A DNA stretch of 64,000 nucleotides from the human T2T-CHM13v2.0 reference genome, Homo sapiens. Below the pieces are notes generated by a model. The model saw only the letters and a list, made by a program, of their open reading frames with translations. It did no database searches and was not told the DNA's origin. Below, one piece after another: positions 61,322 to 64,000 of the stretch. Each line of letters starts with the position of its first letter. The stretch's first letter is position 1. Where the stretch lies: NCBI RefSeq assembly GCF_009914755.1, contig NC_060929.1; one strand, 5' to 3'. The translations under genes and the position numbers were made by a program.

Positions 61322-61912
61322 TAAGCTTCATTCAGATGTGTTCAGGAATGGTCTTTATCAGATGCCTTGAAAAGGTATGCATGATAATGAGGCAAGGCAG
61401 CCAGCAGAGGCTGGGACATGCACTCCAGCTCCACAGGAAGGGCCAGTTGTGTCTACCAAGATGGTCAAATCCTAGGACATCAGGAAAGGCAGAAAGGAGC
61501 AAACAATTAAGGATTGCTAAAAATCCTTTTTGGGACTATGCTGATAGGATCTAGAATTAAGGCCAGTGTGAAAAGGCAGCACTCAGGAACACGATGCTCT
61601 GGCTGAGGCAGAGGCTGTCCACTAGAGAGATGCCAGAGGTCTGCTGATGGCTCATGACCCTGCCTAAGAAATGTTAACATTGCATCTTATTAGACTGCAT
61701 GTGTTATTATGGACAAGACTATAAATTATTCCATATAGATATAAGATTTATAGGGTACTTAGGATTTTAAAACTGGTCATCTTTATTGTCAATATCAGAG
61801 AAATTTGTTCTTTTGGAGAGATGGCAAAAAGGTATAATCTCATGTTCCACCTCTGACCAGCTGGTGGTAGCTAGACCTGGAGCTGCCTTGAGAAATATTC
61901 TAGGGCTGCATC

Positions 61913-62031
61913 CAGGCCAAGCAGAATAGGGTGACAGCATAGATTAGTGATGTCTACCCAGCACCAGGACTGCGCAGGCTGAGCAGAATAGGGTGCCAGC
62001 ATAGACTAGTGATGTCTGCCCAGCACCAGGA
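61913..62031. repeat. 62-bp tandem duplication (about 1.9 copies)
   Basis: gcagaatagggtg(a/c)cagcataga(t/c)tagtgatgtct(a/g)cccagcaccagga repeated at a 62-bp period. Confidence 0.92.
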
Positions 62032-62059
62032 GCCAGAAGAGGCAATACATGTACCACAT

Positions 62060-63030
62060 ATTCACCATCTCCCTTCTCATTCAAAATCCAATTGTAAACC
62101 ACATAGAAGTGCTAAAAAAAATAAATGTAGGTGAATATTTATCTGACACTAGAATGGAAAAGGACTTTGTAAGCATAAAAAGAATGGAGGAAATCAGAAA
62201 GAAAACGTCTAAATGAAAATCTTACATAAGAAGAGATAAAAAAATTAAAGATGAAAACAGAAAAAGCATTTTCCCACAAATATGACAAAGATGTTACATA
62301 CTTAATCTCTTAAGTGCCTTTATGAAAAATTAAGAAATTGCTAATAATCCTATTAAAAATGATCAAAGAACATGGAGAGATGATTCTTAAAGAAGAATTA
62401 TCAGTGGTTCAAAATCTGACAACTGTGGATATTCATATTCACAGAAATAATTAGGGCACTCCTGATATAGCATATTTTGCACAACAAATTAGAGAAGATT
62501 TAAAAAATACTTTGTCCAATGCTGGCAAAAGTAGAACAAATGGATACTTTTTATATGTTGCTTTGGAAATATAAATTAGTGTTACGTTTTGGAGGAATTC
62601 TTAGAAATATTTTCAGTAATTCATTTATAGGACTCTTAAGATAATATTTTAAAATGTGGGCAAAATTGGTGGTACAAGAATAATAATCACACAGAGTTTT
62701 ATAATAAGAAAATTTGTGAAAAAAATCTAAAAGTCCAACACCAGGGGAATGTGTAAATAAATTTTGATTTCATTCCACAGTAAAGCTTTAAGTGATCCTT
62801 AAAAATGTTTTAAAATAGCCTTTTATAACTTGGGAAAATGTTCACAATATAAACTGTGCAGAATGAATTTACACATCCCAATTGTGGGTTTTATTATATA
62901 TTATATTATATTTTTATCCAATATAACACTAAATTATATTATTTCATATCATATAAAATGTTACATAAATAACATATTCACAAATAGTGGCTATTTTTGG
63001 TTGTGTGATTATGAGTGACTTTTATTTTCC
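62060..63030 (+). mobile_element. Very old L1 (L1ME-like) remnants
   Basis: aaatgtaggtgaatatttatctgac..ggaaaaggactttgtaagcat; ccaatgctggcaa; ttggaaatataaattagt. Confidence 0.6.
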
Positions 63031-63214
63031 TCATTATATTATTTTCCCAGTAAAAAAAATATATGGTTATTATATTTGGTTATTATAACCAAGTTACAGA
63101 ATAATACAGTTACTATTTTTTTAAAGAAATTTAAATCCAGATTAAAACTGTTAAATGAAACTTTCTTCAAGAAAACCAGTTGTAGGAAAAAAGTCCTAGA
63201 GCATGCTGGTCCAG

Positions 63215-63415
63215 AACACAGAATCTGTAGTGACACAAACCTTTGTTACTTTTAACAGCGTGAGCCTGAGCAAGTCAGTTGATCTATGCCTCAGTTTTCT
63301 CATCTGTGAAATGGGGATAATAACAGCCTCTAATCATAAGACAGCCACGAATCTTAAGTAAGAGACATTGTTAAGTTTCTAGTAGCTTGCCTGGAATACG
63401 TGGTCTTCAAATACT
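63215..63415 (+). mobile_element. MIR
   Basis: gagcaagtca..tgcctcagttttctcatctgtgaaatggggataataac. Confidence 0.82.
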
Positions 63416-63744
63416 GATAACTAGCTAGTCTGAAGGGAGCTGGAAACCAGCTTTGAATGGATTGGTCTTGGCCAGTAAAAGTGGCTGCAGCACCCTTGGG
63501 TCCTTATACTCCAAACAAACATGGCCGTGCTTTGTGCAAATCCAGGTGGCTTTGCATTTGGCTAAAGCATCCTTGTGACCCAGAGTTTCCTGAAAGGATC
63601 ATAAGTGTCATTTTGTAAACCATCATTCCATGTGGCCATGGAGACTCATCAGCGAGACACGGGGGCTGCCAGCTCTGATAACAGAGATCAGTACTTAACA
63701 TGCATGCATCATCTCCAATTCACACAGACACAGCCAAGCAAGTA

Positions 63745-63855
63745 CCATGTGCATTTTACAGATGTAGATCATAAGGCTCAGAGAACTTCAGAAACACCCA
63801 AGGTCTCAGAGCTGTTCAGTGCAAGAATTCACACCCAGACCCATCTGATGTCAAA
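63745..63855 (-). mobile_element. MIR fragment
   Basis: cattttacagatgtag..aaggctcagaga..cccaaggtctcagagct. Confidence 0.65.
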
Positions 63856-63870
63856 GCCTACACTTCCCCA

Positions 63871-63872
<2 letters not shown>

Positions 63873-63911
<39 letters not shown>
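63873..63911. repeat. (CA)n microsatellite
   Basis: Directly visible. Confidence 0.95.
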
Positions 63912-63916
<5 letters not shown>

Positions 63917-64000
63917 AGCTCTTAGCCTCAGGATGTCTCTGAAAAAGCGCTGAGCAGACAAGGAGGGAGGCAGCCCCCAAGCAGTGGCCAAGCCATCAGT

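Overview
Human (primate) genomic DNA, not a prokaryotic or accessory region. The window lies inside the metalloprotease gene ADAMTS12, which is transcribed on the minus strand. Two coding exons are visible, both with canonical AG/GT boundaries. 13912-13716 (197 nt) encodes the end of the prodomain, the RSLSRR/S processing site and the start of the metalloprotease domain. 12958-12875 (84 nt) encodes [28 protein letters not shown]. The rest is intronic and dominated by transposon relics (Alu, L1, L2, MIR, MaLR/ERV1 LTRs, hAT-Charlie MERs) and simple repeats. Nearly all ORFs in the six-frame track are artefacts of repeats or chance. I found no new multi-gene system. The best oddities are: (1) a composite partial-Alu + foreign spacer + full-Alu unit enclosed by one 15-bp TSD; (2) a nested template-switch palindrome inside a MaLR LTR; (3) a ~700-bp array that reads as UG repeats packed with GUGAGU donor motifs in the pre-mRNA; (4) a 5'-inverted L1 with a large junction gap; (5) a candidate poison exon. 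Repeat subfamily names come from recalled consensus sequences and need RepeatMasker/Dfam confirmation. Boundaries without a TSD are approximate.
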